IMG/VR virus record: IMGVR_UViG_3300009169_000024
Location: 1-62,874 of that record
From: a virus
Lineage: Duplodnaviria > Caudoviricetes
DNA: 62,874 nucleotides
Reading direction: 5' to 3' (one strand)
Below, piece by piece: positions 47,201 to 54,684 of the stretch. Numbering within the stretch: position 1 is the first letter of the stretch; every line of letters starts with the position of its first letter. The notes below the pieces were generated by a model. That model saw nothing but the letters and a program-made list of their open reading frames with translations. It was not told the origin of the DNA and searched no databases. Both the position numbers and the translations under genes were made by a program.

Positions 47201-47204
47201 GTGA
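38232..47204 (+). CDS. giant internal virion/polyvalent protein with RadC-like JAB domain
   Basis: 2990 aa; hydrophobic Gly/Ala N-terminal region; ETLRIVYVD..VYFVHNHPHS..STPD; PAA and poly-Thr linkers; start may be ATG at 38238. Confidence 0.8.
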   Translation: MTMPAPLPPAPGFTDPQQTGTTEEDWLYFKSPEYTELPLPQKLAAFNKVARRSNTYATMPWGDREKLRTKVLGVNNTFDVFKHESFQTLETVDQNDLFNSYVQGSPTWEGLDTEKKQKARAKWVPAFAAGQKQQKIQETLRAGIERQNTLPGIDIEMPKSLQPQVEAEPSAEEFERRVYYASIGRSIDEEGNLNIPRRGAEPVQVPAYVFAMPGMSVAEQQGMGDAVVQQLNDPEVSRWWEFTKRQQKALASNPEFKPEDLSALERAGKGLTAGMARMASTPVTAWSMMQAAHGMPKAAEETTKKAQKISGVMAEGGYRPLRMSDYSGGDVAGWTTALLEGVATTLPTTAAAATVGAVTGGMGAPPLLGSMAAGAALEIPMIYQDVYEATGKLEPGLAFGLGAVAGALEGIGAGGMAKRMMAAGVPRSAISRALVKMASGKELLKDMGQESLTEFAQTFPEALAMAIAEDPTMKMDFETAKAFVAKTAPEAAESGVTGFFTPLAISGPAMIRQDIRARQPLPIDQAEVDAVARASMRPTGQGQLIIDTEEVGGVRAPSIPGAALGPEAMEAGRARAAAEQGAYREQVTAEDAAQAQADIDAYRERARARGAEEPEVQLNERMNTLGPDDQAQVRDRTTELMAQMRARFVEQFGEERVTPAIEQNITRRAWDQALTEMNAQPAPRPEVVGPTGESLTAPEPLPAGPVIVPGRVQDERLAEETAQRRAAQVRGMAAQQIVDDYRARGAFPRIPMVIAGERKRESEEMGNQILDKLNRDDTLQLGLADLKVLGDQYEDALQHYLNLNAQRQARDREIDAQMDRLIDQIDRTVIGSKRQVALQQEIDNLHKSYLDETFNETEEEADARERLSLIEDAHAHIMDRLTPDMTPHLADNLNRIAQGSLRWASRVYEANGMTTAATVAGLMADSPQNIRGISEQTINEIIEEARGIAQEGIEEDQRMANPRKLKNSQWKKLAMEATTAPEVAALRREYMAAPKRGQQGRYDQGLLNFFNERMLELPLRTAAETEELIRDETGVTRERTEETEEIEETGAELPSEEAAAAVDEVVQPEQEIETAKEGTPPGPTTTTTVPPTVFTTTTTTEGARPGKRARRKQNRARSFWESKLNAAKTPEAVEALREQMPDNLPGDTAQQMFDQRMADVTKTQPPAPKRRGRAKRAAAPAVEPAPVAAEEPAAAPEAEAEPEVVEEAPKKPAKKKGKKHNTRKPSAPRQAAPTPQAPPKPKGKTSRRFVRAIENADRESDLSNVMVVYLQKVAEGKRDEAVFHAYEVRARQLHNDARYGKVGLVQESEPLTEPLNPAKIKGLQVGRPGEAVTAPRLPLTPTGERRGPRAPIPLERPSPEFLRTRFAQLQKEMAEVLARIEDRLDAINESEMLGPTAKVAAHEALMDMTGPHWALYRKLNARRIRAAKLLSDALVEDGGVSLIGQELAKDGDARYLKLAELAQVLRDNRWETLRIVYVDANGIIMDIASQTVRAPGGAPLIPYPSDAKRARQGDKAPDLYSGIGKKWADDIRKKAKRLGASGVYFVHNHPHSETNNLMSTPDISATVLVHDDLLGDLLIGHVLINDRVGQYIPGDISQMAGLQKDWPTAEKLSRLRQLVVSYDLRDSVERVPPKQGKGPGFGVAVEGYTLAPTVKEDGTPLAFDDPDEANDFWEDRGLTLGEIAKDLEQAGMDDEHLWVVFTAFVIKDGENVEETLHAVPFRREAFSFEPLAADWSGDTMAAESQADALAGTIRGMARDLGAHGAIVVGMSNMDEELLDVLGNYYRTGLITDVYFLDAPDATASSLGGGFAEGGQMGRAGHIPALMVGASGRGIPTPPTGPGWATRGAAAPPAAPAAPAAPAAPAAPAAQPAPAAPGTAPTVTRGQGLRDLAGLPRLGADRTLADRFLHRIFRKGPQGWESPLRAKVMRTLRDQFNIHGGDIPKGVARLLEEREYAKEHARLDSRATQARLTNVINNLKQAGHAEEQVRDAIRMVTEGTMTPGELATRLDVPMDNPLIRVLEGIHQEHLDWQQAIANWRGMSPELKQTIEEQVYYQTRFYQRWLLGDYFIPNDADFQQARQVMEDDLVEEINQVMRRAGDLRGIRQPVDVAAYLETGDDTLLANLSASRQASIRGLRNHYMQLADLVHGIQRGPNNTYQAILDLGEIHDVALKAVNSYLQQDPVGPETTSGVGTSNFIHRKLTEAFRKLYGEVVDPTYREPATVEVQQNILATMVLMEKLFQEGANAGWWTTRRSGTHSIQLGSETNRRDQLRYGPMAGKWVTPGIAKSLESKMPSNSLASKLASILWLGPQAGMRATKLLWAKTIGRNAATSVFGQALSAGDLYYEGFWSHLADGIAIAWKANPLANIGPDVTLHGIKPGQKNVWAMDKVAEAAKEGYYSHKAQSLSHGVRAIIESPLFSPFGLSGKMKNFLQHAMEAYALIDFPVKYAAYKTHLEEYEKAKVPTEKAKAGARDWVARHYQNRHRGPKAIDTIALVPGADYVGYTYDSGRMLANGAHTAITHAFKGDPVMPNKEINLRPLVGFLSARLMPLAALGGGNWLYNTAFRPMLTDAWSGFASQTEGAGKMADEILSYFFPHDDEDKEKKVVKRTPLTNEEMVAFRKFMPDFDANMNTLAWKTEYEDGTFDVSYTAMNGNTAFPVEEWISGALQTSMEGGTPFWKALLNNMAQNLGPGMYLQEQWELWTGQDTAFDVDREGIGELIGSRMAGHPNKEEGRIAKERMSHFLINVMTGQLGPTIQYTADYVKRQKLGQKAQPSSMIAPKSLHDVRQKFTRFVRTYHYDKDDLTRLLSYQVAPLAEDIHTNKYNAGAQKRAEVDRGVATQEDIARSISGRKELARDRMKAHELVRAFRSLPATKEIDDRRLALTLQAAGAKKRAPFSTEEAMAIVTGEFDKLKPWESQAKPTYAGTGEDVAVKYMEENWGHISYSELQKLMIEQGYKVEPDIRKFKDWAKDKYAKWKKVGKTFGEEE

Positions 47205-47220
47205 TAGGCTGTGCCGGAAG

Positions 47221-47649
47221 ATGAGACCCAAGCTGGCGCTCTTCCTGCTGGCATGTTCCCTGGCCTGGACAGCCGGAGCCGTCACGCCCACGCCAACCCG
47301 CACCCCAACCAGGACGCGCACGCCGACCCGAACCAGGACGCCTACCATCACGCAGACGCGCACTGTGACCCCGACGCCCACGCCGACTCCGACCTGGCCG
47401 ATTGTGTGCGAGACGCCCGTGTTCAAGGGCAACGACCTGATCGAGGTGAGGGTGCAGTACCAGCACCAGCAGACACAGACGCCGGTCCCCTACGTTGTGA
47501 AGATTGGGCCGCTGCACTTCGAGGACGATGGCAACGCAGTGATCCGTGCTGAAGGGCACCCGAGTGAGTGCATCTGGAGATTCCACATCGTCTTTCGGGA
47601 TGGTCTCGAAAGCGGTGACGCTTCGCAATGGTCTTCGACTGCTCCATAG
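47221..47649 (+). CDS. secreted protein with signal peptide and Thr-Pro/Thr-Arg linker
   Basis: MRPKLALFLLACSLAWTAGA-VTPTPTRTPTRTRTP... Confidence 0.7.
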   Translation: MRPKLALFLLACSLAWTAGAVTPTPTRTPTRTRTPTRTRTPTITQTRTVTPTPTPTPTWPIVCETPVFKGNDLIEVRVQYQHQQTQTPVPYVVKIGPLHFEDDGNAVIRAEGHPSECIWRFHIVFRDGLESGDASQWSSTAP

Positions 47650-47660
47650 GAGGAGGCATC

Positions 47661-48296
47661 ATGGCAACCGATCCGCCCGAGTATCTGCCCTACTTCTACG
47701 CCTACAACGACCTGCTCTTCAAGCTCGGTGAAGCCTACCGCAGGGTTGGAGAGCATATTGCCGAGCGCAAGTACGTCTACCACAGGGGGACGTTCTACCT
47801 CGATGCGGCCCTCGCCATCGAGACGCTGCTCGCTCTGGAGTTCCAGCCCCTGATGGAGTGCAACTACAACTGGGAGTGGTGGGCGACCGAGATGCGCAAG
47901 CACGGCGAAGAGCTGGGCGAGGATGCCCCCTATGCCATGGTTCTGCCAGGCCCCTACGGCGGCGAGTGGCATGACTACCCCGACCTGACCAACCACACCG
48001 ACAAGATGGTCTCGCTGATGACCGGCGTGTACCGCAGCGAGGACGAGGACTCCGATGTCGGCGGGCTCGGCACCGTCACCCCGGCTGAGTGCGTCAAGCT
48101 CACGCACAGGTTCTGCCGCTACTGGCTGTGGCAGTTCTGCAGCGAAGACCTGCGGGGCTACAAGGTGCCGTGGCCGTGGCTGAAGGCAGTGACCGACGAG
48201 CTGCAGCAGATGTACCGCAAGATGGGCGAGGCTGACAGGGCCGGTTCCTCCGGCACGCCGGGCGGTCCCATCCCACCCATCAGCTGGCCTGGCTAG
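47661..48296 (+). CDS. hypothetical Trp/Tyr-rich protein
   Basis: RBS AGGAGGAGG; ATG at 47661. Confidence 0.75.
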   Translation: MATDPPEYLPYFYAYNDLLFKLGEAYRRVGEHIAERKYVYHRGTFYLDAALAIETLLALEFQPLMECNYNWEWWATEMRKHGEELGEDAPYAMVLPGPYGGEWHDYPDLTNHTDKMVSLMTGVYRSEDEDSDVGGLGTVTPAECVKLTHRFCRYWLWQFCSEDLRGYKVPWPWLKAVTDELQQMYRKMGEADRAGSSGTPGGPIPPISWPG

Positions 48297-48305
48297 GAGA
48301 CCGCC

Positions 48306-48344
48306 ATGCCATGCGGTGGTCGCAAGAAGAAGAAGAGGAAGTGA
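48306..48344 (+). CDS. 12-aa basic peptide MPCGGRKKKKRK
   Basis: Own RBS AGGAG; fills the gap between genes. Confidence 0.45.
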   Translation: MPCGGRKKKKRK

Positions 48345-48347
48345 GCC

Positions 48348-48962
48348 ATGTCGAAGTTCACTGATGCCCTGAAAGGGCTCGGGAAGAAGCCCTGGTTCCA
48401 GACCCTGAAGAAGGTGGCACCAACAGTTGCAGGCGGGCTGGTCGGTGGCCCTTTCGCGGGCGTGGCGGTGAGCGTCCTACAGTCCGTGTTGGGCGTGGAT
48501 GGCGATCCAAACGATCCTGGCACGCTCGACCAGATCAGCGAGATCGTGGCAAGCGGCAACCCTGATGCGCTCCTCAAGCTCAAGCAGGCCGAGCAGCAGT
48601 TCATCGAGAACATGAAGAAGCTCGATTTGCAGGAGCAGGATCTCTACTTGCAGGACGTGTCGAGCGCCAGGGAGCGGGAGAAGGTGGTGCGGGACAAGAC
48701 ACCGACCATCCTGTCCTACCTCGCGGTTGGGTTGTGGCTGTTCATCCTCTTCGCCATCTTCTTCCTGCCCGACCTGGAGATTGTCCAGAGCAGGGAGCAG
48801 CGCGACGTGCTGCTCTACCTGCTCGGCGTGACGCAGAGCCTGGTCGTGACGGCGTACTCCTACTACCTCGGCTCCAGCCGGGGGTCGCTCTCGAAGACGG
48901 AGGCGATGGTCGCGCAGCTCAGGTATGGGCCAGCCCCAGATCAAAACGGTGCCGAGAAGTAG
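48348..48962 (+). CDS. holin-like membrane protein
   Basis: VAPTVAGGLVGGP, QDVSSARERE, two TM segments, SYYLGSSRGS motif. Confidence 0.7.
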   Translation: MSKFTDALKGLGKKPWFQTLKKVAPTVAGGLVGGPFAGVAVSVLQSVLGVDGDPNDPGTLDQISEIVASGNPDALLKLKQAEQQFIENMKKLDLQEQDLYLQDVSSAREREKVVRDKTPTILSYLAVGLWLFILFAIFFLPDLEIVQSREQRDVLLYLLGVTQSLVVTAYSYYLGSSRGSLSKTEAMVAQLRYGPAPDQNGAEK

Positions 48963-48992
48963 CGCCAGCCCCTTCGCGCACAAAACGGCACT

Positions 48993-49070
48993 AGCCCCCG
49001 GACCCCCTCCGGGGGCTTCTTTCCCAGGGAGACAACGAAAGGCCCCGGATCTCTCCGGGGCCTTTGTCTT
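48993..49070. terminator. paired terminators between convergent operons
   Basis: agcccccgga/tccgggggct then TCTTT; aaaggccccgga/tccggggccttt. Confidence 0.85.
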
Positions 49071-49110
49071 CACTGCCGTCACAGCGAAGACAGGTTGAAA
49101 GAAGGCGGGA

Positions 49111-50298
49111 TCAGTCTACCATGGCCTTCTTGCTGGCCGATTCCCACTGGGTCACCATGTCTGACCAGTCCTTCAGGAACTTGGCCTTGCCCTCCTCGCC
49201 ATGGATGGAGCCGGGGCCGTCCATCCCGCCCTGCCCGGCAGCCAGGCGCTCCATGACCTTGACGGCGAAGCTCTCCGCCTGGCCAGACCGGACTGCCCGC
49301 TGCAGCAGCTGCTGCCACTCGAAGGTGAACGCTTCACTGCCGGGCGTCTCTCCGAACAATGCCCCGTTGCCAGACTGCCCGGCTTCCTGCGCCCCCCGCC
49401 CCGCCCTTGCGTCTGCCGGAGGCGGCTGTGTGGTGGGGGGCTCCCCAGCCCTGGGCGATCCTGGGGCCTTCTGGCGCGTCTTCTTGAGGCGTGCTTTCGC
49501 GGACTCGTTCTCATCTGAGAAGTAGTCGTCCACCTTGGACATGCCATCCCGCAGGGAGTTGAAGATGCGGGTCAGCTCCAGCAGCTGGACCTCGTCGATG
49601 GCCTCGGCCTTCTTGCCGAAGCGGGCCTCGATCATGGTCTGGCTGACCTCGACTTCCTTGAAGCGCTCCAGCATGGCCTTGATCCTGTCCTTCAGGGGCT
49701 TCCCGCTGCCGCCCTTGAGGGTCGCCTCACAGGTGGTGAGCGCTGACTCCTGCACGTCACCGGGGATGAGGGACAGGATGCAGGCCCGGATGCGCCGGGC
49801 TGCCAGGTTGGCGATCATCTCGTAGATGTCCCTCGGATCGGTGAGCCGCTGCATCCCGCCGCTCTTGCTGTAGCGGATGTGCTTCGCATGGAACACCCTC
49901 TCCTGCAGGGTGTTGGTCTCCATGTCGATGGCATACGCCTGGACCTCGGAGACCCCGGCCCCTTGGGACAGCTCCCTGAAGCCGAAGCGGATGTTGCCCC
50001 AGTGTCTGGCCATCGTCTCGGCCATCCTGATCGAGGCCCCGCGCACCGTTGCTCCGCCCCTGCTGTAGCTGTACTCGGCCACCTGGGCCAGGGACGGGCG
50101 CTTGCACGCCTCGACGATCCGGCGCTCAGCTTCCAGCTCGTTGCGCGGGAAGCGCTTGGCCACAATGAACTGGGCCTGCGCTTCCTGCACAGCCCGGCTC
50201 TCCTCGATTCTGGTGATGGCCGCAGTCTGGCTGTCCTGCTGCACCTCGCCGTCCTCGAAGATGGTGATGGGACTCGCCGTTCTGATCTCGTCGTTCAT
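49111..50298 (-). CDS. putative single-strand annealing recombinase
   Basis: AKRFPRNE, YSYSRGG..RGASIRMAE..WGNIRFG family motifs; adjacent to YqaJ exonuclease. Confidence 0.7.
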   Translation of the reverse strand: MNDEIRTASPITIFEDGEVQQDSQTAAITRIEESRAVQEAQAQFIVAKRFPRNELEAERRIVEACKRPSLAQVAEYSYSRGGATVRGASIRMAETMARHWGNIRFGFRELSQGAGVSEVQAYAIDMETNTLQERVFHAKHIRYSKSGGMQRLTDPRDIYEMIANLAARRIRACILSLIPGDVQESALTTCEATLKGGSGKPLKDRIKAMLERFKEVEVSQTMIEARFGKKAEAIDEVQLLELTRIFNSLRDGMSKVDDYFSDENESAKARLKKTRQKAPGSPRAGEPPTTQPPPADARAGRGAQEAGQSGNGALFGETPGSEAFTFEWQQLLQRAVRSGQAESFAVKVMERLAAGQGGMDGPGSIHGEEGKAKFLKDWSDMVTQWESASKKAMVD

Positions 50299-50516
50299 TT
50301 GCCCAGCTCCTTCTCGAAGAGGTTGGTCAGGGCAGTCTTCAGCACTGCGGACTGCGTGATGGGCGGGACGATGATGTTGCTGTCCCGCAGCTTGGACTGC
50401 ATGTGTGCCTGCAGGTCATGCAGCATCGCCATCTCGATCTCGTTGAGGTACAGGGCCACGACGGTTCGGCCCTTCTTCCACTTCGCCACCGCTGTCACTT
50501 TCTTCTGTCTCGGCAT
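50295..50516 (-). CDS. small basic protein, possible RHH-like
   Basis: RBS AAAGGAGG; ATGA overlap. Confidence 0.6.
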   Translation of the reverse strand: MPRQKKVTAVAKWKKGRTVVALYLNEIEMAMLHDLQAHMQSKLRDSNIIVPPITQSAVLKTALTNLFEKELGK

Positions 50517-50529
50517 GATGTGCCTCCTT

Positions 50530-51501
50530 TCAGTAGACCCTGAAGAACTCGTAGGACAACTCGTTCACATACGCCTCGTACACCTCTGGCTTCTCGGCCT
50601 GCAACTTCTTCGTATCCAGTACCTTGCGGCTCGCCATCTTCCAGATGATGGGCCGGTCTCCAACCTTCACCTTGCGCTGCTGGCCGAGGTGCTCCTTGAT
50701 CTTCCTGGTGTTCTCGTCGAGCAGCTCCTCGTTCTCTTTCGTCATCTCCTGGAGGGAGTCCCGGTCGGTGACGAGGCCAGCCAGGTATGGGTCTTCGATC
50801 TCCTCCGTCTCGGATGCGATGGTGGCATCCACGAGCGCCTCGCCGTGGCAGGTCCACCGGAACTCGCAGGTCTGGCAGCGCTTGTCGGAGGACATGAGCT
50901 TGAAGGGGGCTGGCCCCTCCTGCACCTCACGCATGAAGGTCTCCCCGACCTCACGCATGAGCTTCAGCGCCGCCTCGTCCCGATCCACGAACTGGATGAA
51001 CAGCCGCCAGTAGACGGGCTCAAGGCAGGCGTAGAGCCCCCACTTGAAGCCGGTCAGCCCGAGGTAGTGCTGGACCTGGAGCTTCTCGGTGTCGGGGATG
51101 CCCGTCTTCGTCAGCTTCTGGAACGGGAACGGTCCCTTGGTCTTGAACTCAGCGACCCCACTCCCTTCCTTCCCTGGGACGCAGCCCCGCTTGACCACCC
51201 GGTCGATGTTGCCGATCCACCAGCTGGGGATGTCGGGCGGTCGCTTGGCATTCTTGTTGTGGCGTCGGAAGAAGAAGCCGTGTGCCTCCTCAACTTCTTC
51301 AGCCACAATGGCTTCCAGCTTGTGGCCTCGCTTCATCGCCCCGGTGTAGCGGCGAGGGAAGTCCAGCTCGGTGCCTCGCTTCTCGTACCAGAGCCTGCGG
51401 GCGCAGCCGTAGGGCTCCAGCCCGAGCACGTCGCCCCACTCGCTGCCCCCTATCCCGGCCCGCCTTCTCTCGTGCCAGTCTTCGCTGTGCGCATCTGTCA
51501 T
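50530..51501 (-). CDS. YqaJ-like viral recombinase exonuclease
   Basis: WHERRRAGIGGSE, MKRGHKLE, GNIDRV, EFKT, LQVQHYL. Confidence 0.92.
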   Translation of the reverse strand: MTDAHSEDWHERRRAGIGGSEWGDVLGLEPYGCARRLWYEKRGTELDFPRRYTGAMKRGHKLEAIVAEEVEEAHGFFFRRHNKNAKRPPDIPSWWIGNIDRVVKRGCVPGKEGSGVAEFKTKGPFPFQKLTKTGIPDTEKLQVQHYLGLTGFKWGLYACLEPVYWRLFIQFVDRDEAALKLMREVGETFMREVQEGPAPFKLMSSDKRCQTCEFRWTCHGEALVDATIASETEEIEDPYLAGLVTDRDSLQEMTKENEELLDENTRKIKEHLGQQRKVKVGDRPIIWKMASRKVLDTKKLQAEKPEVYEAYVNELSYEFFRVY

Positions 51502-51752
51502 GCCTTCTCCCCCTTGAGGATTGAGTCGCTGATGTCCAGCTTCCCGACGACCTCACCGCCGTACCCATCCTGGTCGGCACCCCTGACGATGGGGATCTCC
51601 CCGGTCACGGTGGCAGCCCTGGGCTCTGCCGCTGCCTGCTCGTCAGCCCTCGCAATCTCAACCTCCAGGCGCTTGAGGCTGAGCGTCGCACGTTCGAGAT
51701 GCCAGCGCAGCTGCTCTGCCATCTCGGCCACCCTCACCATCTTCTCGTCCAT
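51498..51752 (-). CDS. hypothetical protein
   Basis: ATG at 51752, RBS GGAG, ATGA overlap. Confidence 0.55.
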   Translation of the reverse strand: MDEKMVRVAEMAEQLRWHLERATLSLKRLEVEIARADEQAAAEPRAATVTGEIPIVRGADQDGYGGEVVGKLDISDSILKGEKA

Positions 51753-51753
51753 G

Positions 51754-52020
51754 TCACACTCCCTTCCTGGACTTCTCCAGCTGATCCAAGTTCTTGGGCA
51801 GGTCAGGCACGTTGATCGGCAGCCAGTACCCCAGGCACCCAGTCTCACCCTTGAGCGTGGTGCGCAGCGTCCTGGCCCTGACGCCGTAAGTCCCTGTGTA
51901 CTCTATGTTTACAAGCAGCAGTCTCGGGAACACGTCGATCTCTTTGTTGATCGGATAGCCGTAGAACCAGTAGAGCCCCGGCCTGGCTGGCCATTGGTTC
52001 GACCACTCACCTTGCGCCAT
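51754..52020 (-). CDS. hypothetical protein
   Basis: WSNQWPARPGLYWFYG motif; ATG at 52020. Confidence 0.6.
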   Translation of the reverse strand: MAQGEWSNQWPARPGLYWFYGYPINKEIDVFPRLLLVNIEYTGTYGVRARTLRTTLKGETGCLGYWLPINVPDLPKNLDQLEKSRKGV

Positions 52021-52246
52021 GGAACTGCTCCGATGGCCAGACCTCCTCAACCGTAGTGCCTAGCGCCATGGCTATCCTGACGGCGGTCCCGAGCTTTGGC
52101 TCGGACATGCCGCTCCTGATGTTGAGCAGGCCCTGGTGGCTCATGCCAACGGCCTTCTCCAAGCCACGCACTGTGTGGGAGTACCGCTTGTTCATTCGGT
52201 TTGCTCTCAGGTAGTCGTCGATGTTACAGGTGAGGATTGTGTTCAT
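52007..52246 (-). CDS. XRE/Cro-family HTH regulator
   Basis: TVRGLEKAVGMSHQGLLNIRSGMSEPKLGTAVRIAMALGTTVEEVW. Confidence 0.85.
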   Translation of the reverse strand: MNTILTCNIDDYLRANRMNKRYSHTVRGLEKAVGMSHQGLLNIRSGMSEPKLGTAVRIAMALGTTVEEVWPSEQFHGAR

Positions 52247-52275
52247 GTCAGCAGCCTAGCACACTTGATTGTGCA

Positions 52276-52306
52276 ACTCTACTTGACGCTTGCGCAGCCT
52301 GTCAAG
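52276..52306 (-). promoter_or_regulatory. promoter/operator upstream of the XRE gene
   Basis: Minus strand TTGACA-18 bp-TAGAGT; CTTGAC...GTCAAG inverted arms at 52282-52306. Confidence 0.5.
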
Positions 52307-52793
52307 CCCTCATTTCCAACAGCTGCCTGACCCAGCTAAACAGCTGACCTGATTCGACATCCTCCCACTCGCACTCGATCACGTCGAAGCCCCAGATACG
52401 GGCGAGGTTGTTCTTCAAGATGTCTCTGCGCCTGCCCTCGATGGAGTGGTGGGCTCCACCGTAGCTGAGCTTCCCATCCGGGCCTGTTCGCATGCAGCCC
52501 TTCCCGCCTTGGATGTCGATCAAGAGGCGCAGCACTGGGATGGCCACGTCGAATCTGAACTTCCGACCTGGGATTGCCGGGTACTCCAGGTACATCACGT
52601 GGCTGTCCGTGTCCATGCCCTTCTTCCACGTCCCTCCGAAAGCGATGCCGAGTTCTCGCCTGGCCTCCTCGATGAAGACGAGCAGGGCCAGCTTCTTCTT
52701 GCGCTCCGATCCGTCCGTCCTCTTCGGCTGGGCAGGGGGGCATGCCCCCGGAACCAGGCGGCGGTACTCATCGAGTGTGATGTGGTCGCTCAT
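52302..52793 (-). CDS. PD-(D/E)XK endonuclease (DUF559/Vsr-like)
   Basis: EYPAIPGRKFRFDVA..IDIQGG..H..RDILKNNLARIWGFDVI. Confidence 0.8.
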   Translation of the reverse strand: MSDHITLDEYRRLVPGACPPAQPKRTDGSERKKKLALLVFIEEARRELGIAFGGTWKKGMDTDSHVMYLEYPAIPGRKFRFDVAIPVLRLLIDIQGGKGCMRTGPDGKLSYGGAHHSIEGRRRDILKNNLARIWGFDVIECEWEDVESGQLFSWVRQLLEMRA

Positions 52794-52900
52794 GCCACTA
52801 TCGTACCGTAGAAAACAGGGGAGGCTAGGACTCCCCCTTAGCTGCGTACGTCCCGTCCACGTGGTGACGTGGGTTGATAGTAGGTTGCCTAGCACCTTGG

Positions 52901-53542
52901 CTACCAGCGTTCCTCGTCCTTCACAATCTCCCTGGATTCGATGAGAGGATCGACCTCGGTGTCTTGGATCGTCCCCTGGTAGGGCAGGCCAAGGATCTTC
53001 CTCGCCTTGCGCAGGGCCGGTGGGTACTTGCCCCAGTCCCTGGTGTACAGGCCAGCTGCCAGCGCCATATCCTGGCACTCACGCACCAGGGCATGGAGGG
53101 TTGCTCGAAGCTCGACGTTCTCTCGTGCTGTGGTTGGCAGCGTTCTCACCCTGGCCCCGAGCCCGCCCTCCGTGATGATCTGATCGACTGCGGCGTAGGC
53201 ATCCATCGCCCGCTTCATCATGGAGCGCTGGTCCAGCTTGTGCATCACGCCGTCGATGCACCGATGGACACAAGACCACTCGAACTGGAGCCGCTTGAAC
53301 AGAGTGACCTGTGTCTTCGACGAGACGCCACCAGCCTCCTTCCTGCGGTAGGTCAGGAGCATGGTTGGGTGAGCCCAGATGACCAAGGCCCCACGCAGGA
53401 GCATCTCTGCCCCTGCCCCGAGGTCTCTGCTCTTTGCCTGGTGGGGCGGCAGCTTCCTCTTCTTGATGAAGATGTAGGGCTGGCCCTCGTAGTAGTTGTG
53501 GGGGTAGGCCAGATACCCGCCGACGGTGCCGACGATTCTCAT
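52901..53542 (-). CDS. hypothetical protein (213 aa)
   Basis: Long ORF in the early operon; start uncertain. Confidence 0.55.
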   Translation of the reverse strand: MRIVGTVGGYLAYPHNYYEGQPYIFIKKRKLPPHQAKSRDLGAGAEMLLRGALVIWAHPTMLLTYRRKEAGGVSSKTQVTLFKRLQFEWSCVHRCIDGVMHKLDQRSMMKRAMDAYAAVDQIITEGGLGARVRTLPTTARENVELRATLHALVRECQDMALAAGLYTRDWGKYPPALRKARKILGLPYQGTIQDTEVDPLIESREIVKDEERW

Positions 53543-53618
53543 ACCATGGAGAGGTAGGCAAACAGTGCCGCTGCGGCGAGGAGACCGATCATGGAGACGT
53601 AGTTGCGGACCCGCCTCG

Positions 53619-53951
53619 TCATGTCATCCTCCGATCCAGCTCATCGAAGGCATTGTCGCAGACCATGCAGCCGTCCGCCATCGAGAAGGCCCGGCTCACG
53701 CAGTCGAGCACTGCCTTCTTCCCAGCCATTTTCGCCAACGTGAGAGCCAACGCTTCCAGGCACTGCCCATGTCTGGTCTGCATGTCCTCGTCGCGCATCT
53801 CCTCCTCTGTCACCAGCGAGAGGAAGCATTCTTGTGGGTCATCGGGGTCGGTCAGTAGCAGGACGCAGCTCATCCTGACCCCGGCCTGTGCCTGCGAATC
53901 CCTGAGCCAATCCACCACGCTCATGCCATAGACTGCGAGCTTTTCCGTCAT
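53619..53951 (-). CDS. hypothetical protein
   Basis: ATG at 53951, RBS GAGGAGG, ATGA overlap. Confidence 0.6.
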   Translation of the reverse strand: MTEKLAVYGMSVVDWLRDSQAQAGVRMSCVLLLTDPDDPQECFLSLVTEEEMRDEDMQTRHGQCLEALALTLAKMAGKKAVLDCVSRAFSMADGCMVCDNAFDELDRRMT

Positions 53952-54400
53952 GCGTCCTCCTCTTTCTTTGCCAGTTCCCATTCCTCCCAGGTTGAGGCCG
54001 GGACCACCTCGTCCTCTGGCTGTGGCCTCACCATGATGACGCAGAACGGGTACTTCTTCAGCTGGTAGACGGTCCCGCTCGGGCTGTTGCATGCCTTATT
54101 GAACAGGTGGTGCTCCCCCATCTGGAAGCTATCTCCAATGTGCCAGAGCTTGCCGTTGACCAGGTATCTCGGGCTCCGGTTGAGCAGCTCGCTCTTGAGC
54201 GTGACGTTCTTGTCCCCGAAGTGGGCGATGGCTCGAAGCTCCAACCCGAACTCGATGCCGAATACCCCCTTCGGGCTGTGCTCCCAGGCCCAGCGCAGGT
54301 TACGAGGGTTCTCCTCGTTGTCGCTGATAATCAGTGTCGGCTTGACCCTGTCGGCTGCAGTCCAGTACAGGATGCGTGGAAGCTGGATGTAGTCTGTCAT
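53948..54400 (-). CDS. hypothetical protein
   Basis: ATG at 54400, ATGA overlaps. Confidence 0.6.
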   Translation of the reverse strand: MTDYIQLPRILYWTAADRVKPTLIISDNEENPRNLRWAWEHSPKGVFGIEFGLELRAIAHFGDKNVTLKSELLNRSPRYLVNGKLWHIGDSFQMGEHHLFNKACNSPSGTVYQLKKYPFCVIMVRPQPEDEVVPASTWEEWELAKKEEDA

Positions 54401-54684
54401 TGGTACTCCGTTCTGTCCCCGTGCTTGCGCTTCCTCGGTGTCCCGGTCGGAGGGATGGAGCCCCCCTTCCTCGCATCCACAGCGCCAACCATCGCCTGCC
54501 GTTCTGCCTCCTTCCAGTCCCTCCGATACTCCACGGAGTAGGCCCGCATGTACTGTCCGAAGAGATCGGGGTTGTCGAGGAACATGGTGGCGAGGAGGCC
54601 GATCATCATGTCGATGATCTTCTCCATGGGCAGCTCCCATGCCACCGTCTGCGCCAGCTGACGTGCGGTCGTGGCGTCGGTCAT
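54397..54684 (-). CDS. hypothetical protein
   Basis: ATG at 54684, ATGA overlaps. Confidence 0.6.
   Translation of the reverse strand: MTDATTARQLAQTVAWELPMEKIIDMMIGLLATMFLDNPDLFGQYMRAYSVEYRRDWKEAERQAMVGAVDARKGGSIPPTGTPRKRKHGDRTEYQ

Noticed and set aside
38232-47204. N4-like virion RNA polymerase
   Set aside because: The size is suggestive, but I found no recognisable single-subunit or DxDGD polymerase motifs; a fold search is needed.
10486-48962. Genome-wide amber (TAG) recoding
   Set aside because: Long conserved genes (portal, capsid, fibre, giant protein) have no internal TAG. Only about 6 of about 15 TAG-ended late genes run in frame into the next gene, near chance, and TAGGAG doubles as an RBS. 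No suppressor tRNA was seen.
49879-52056. 725-aa plus-strand ORF and other long antisense ORFs (e.g. 7197..8567, 14418..15815, 38649..40769)
   Set aside because: Shadow frames of high-GC genes with clear motifs on the opposite strand.
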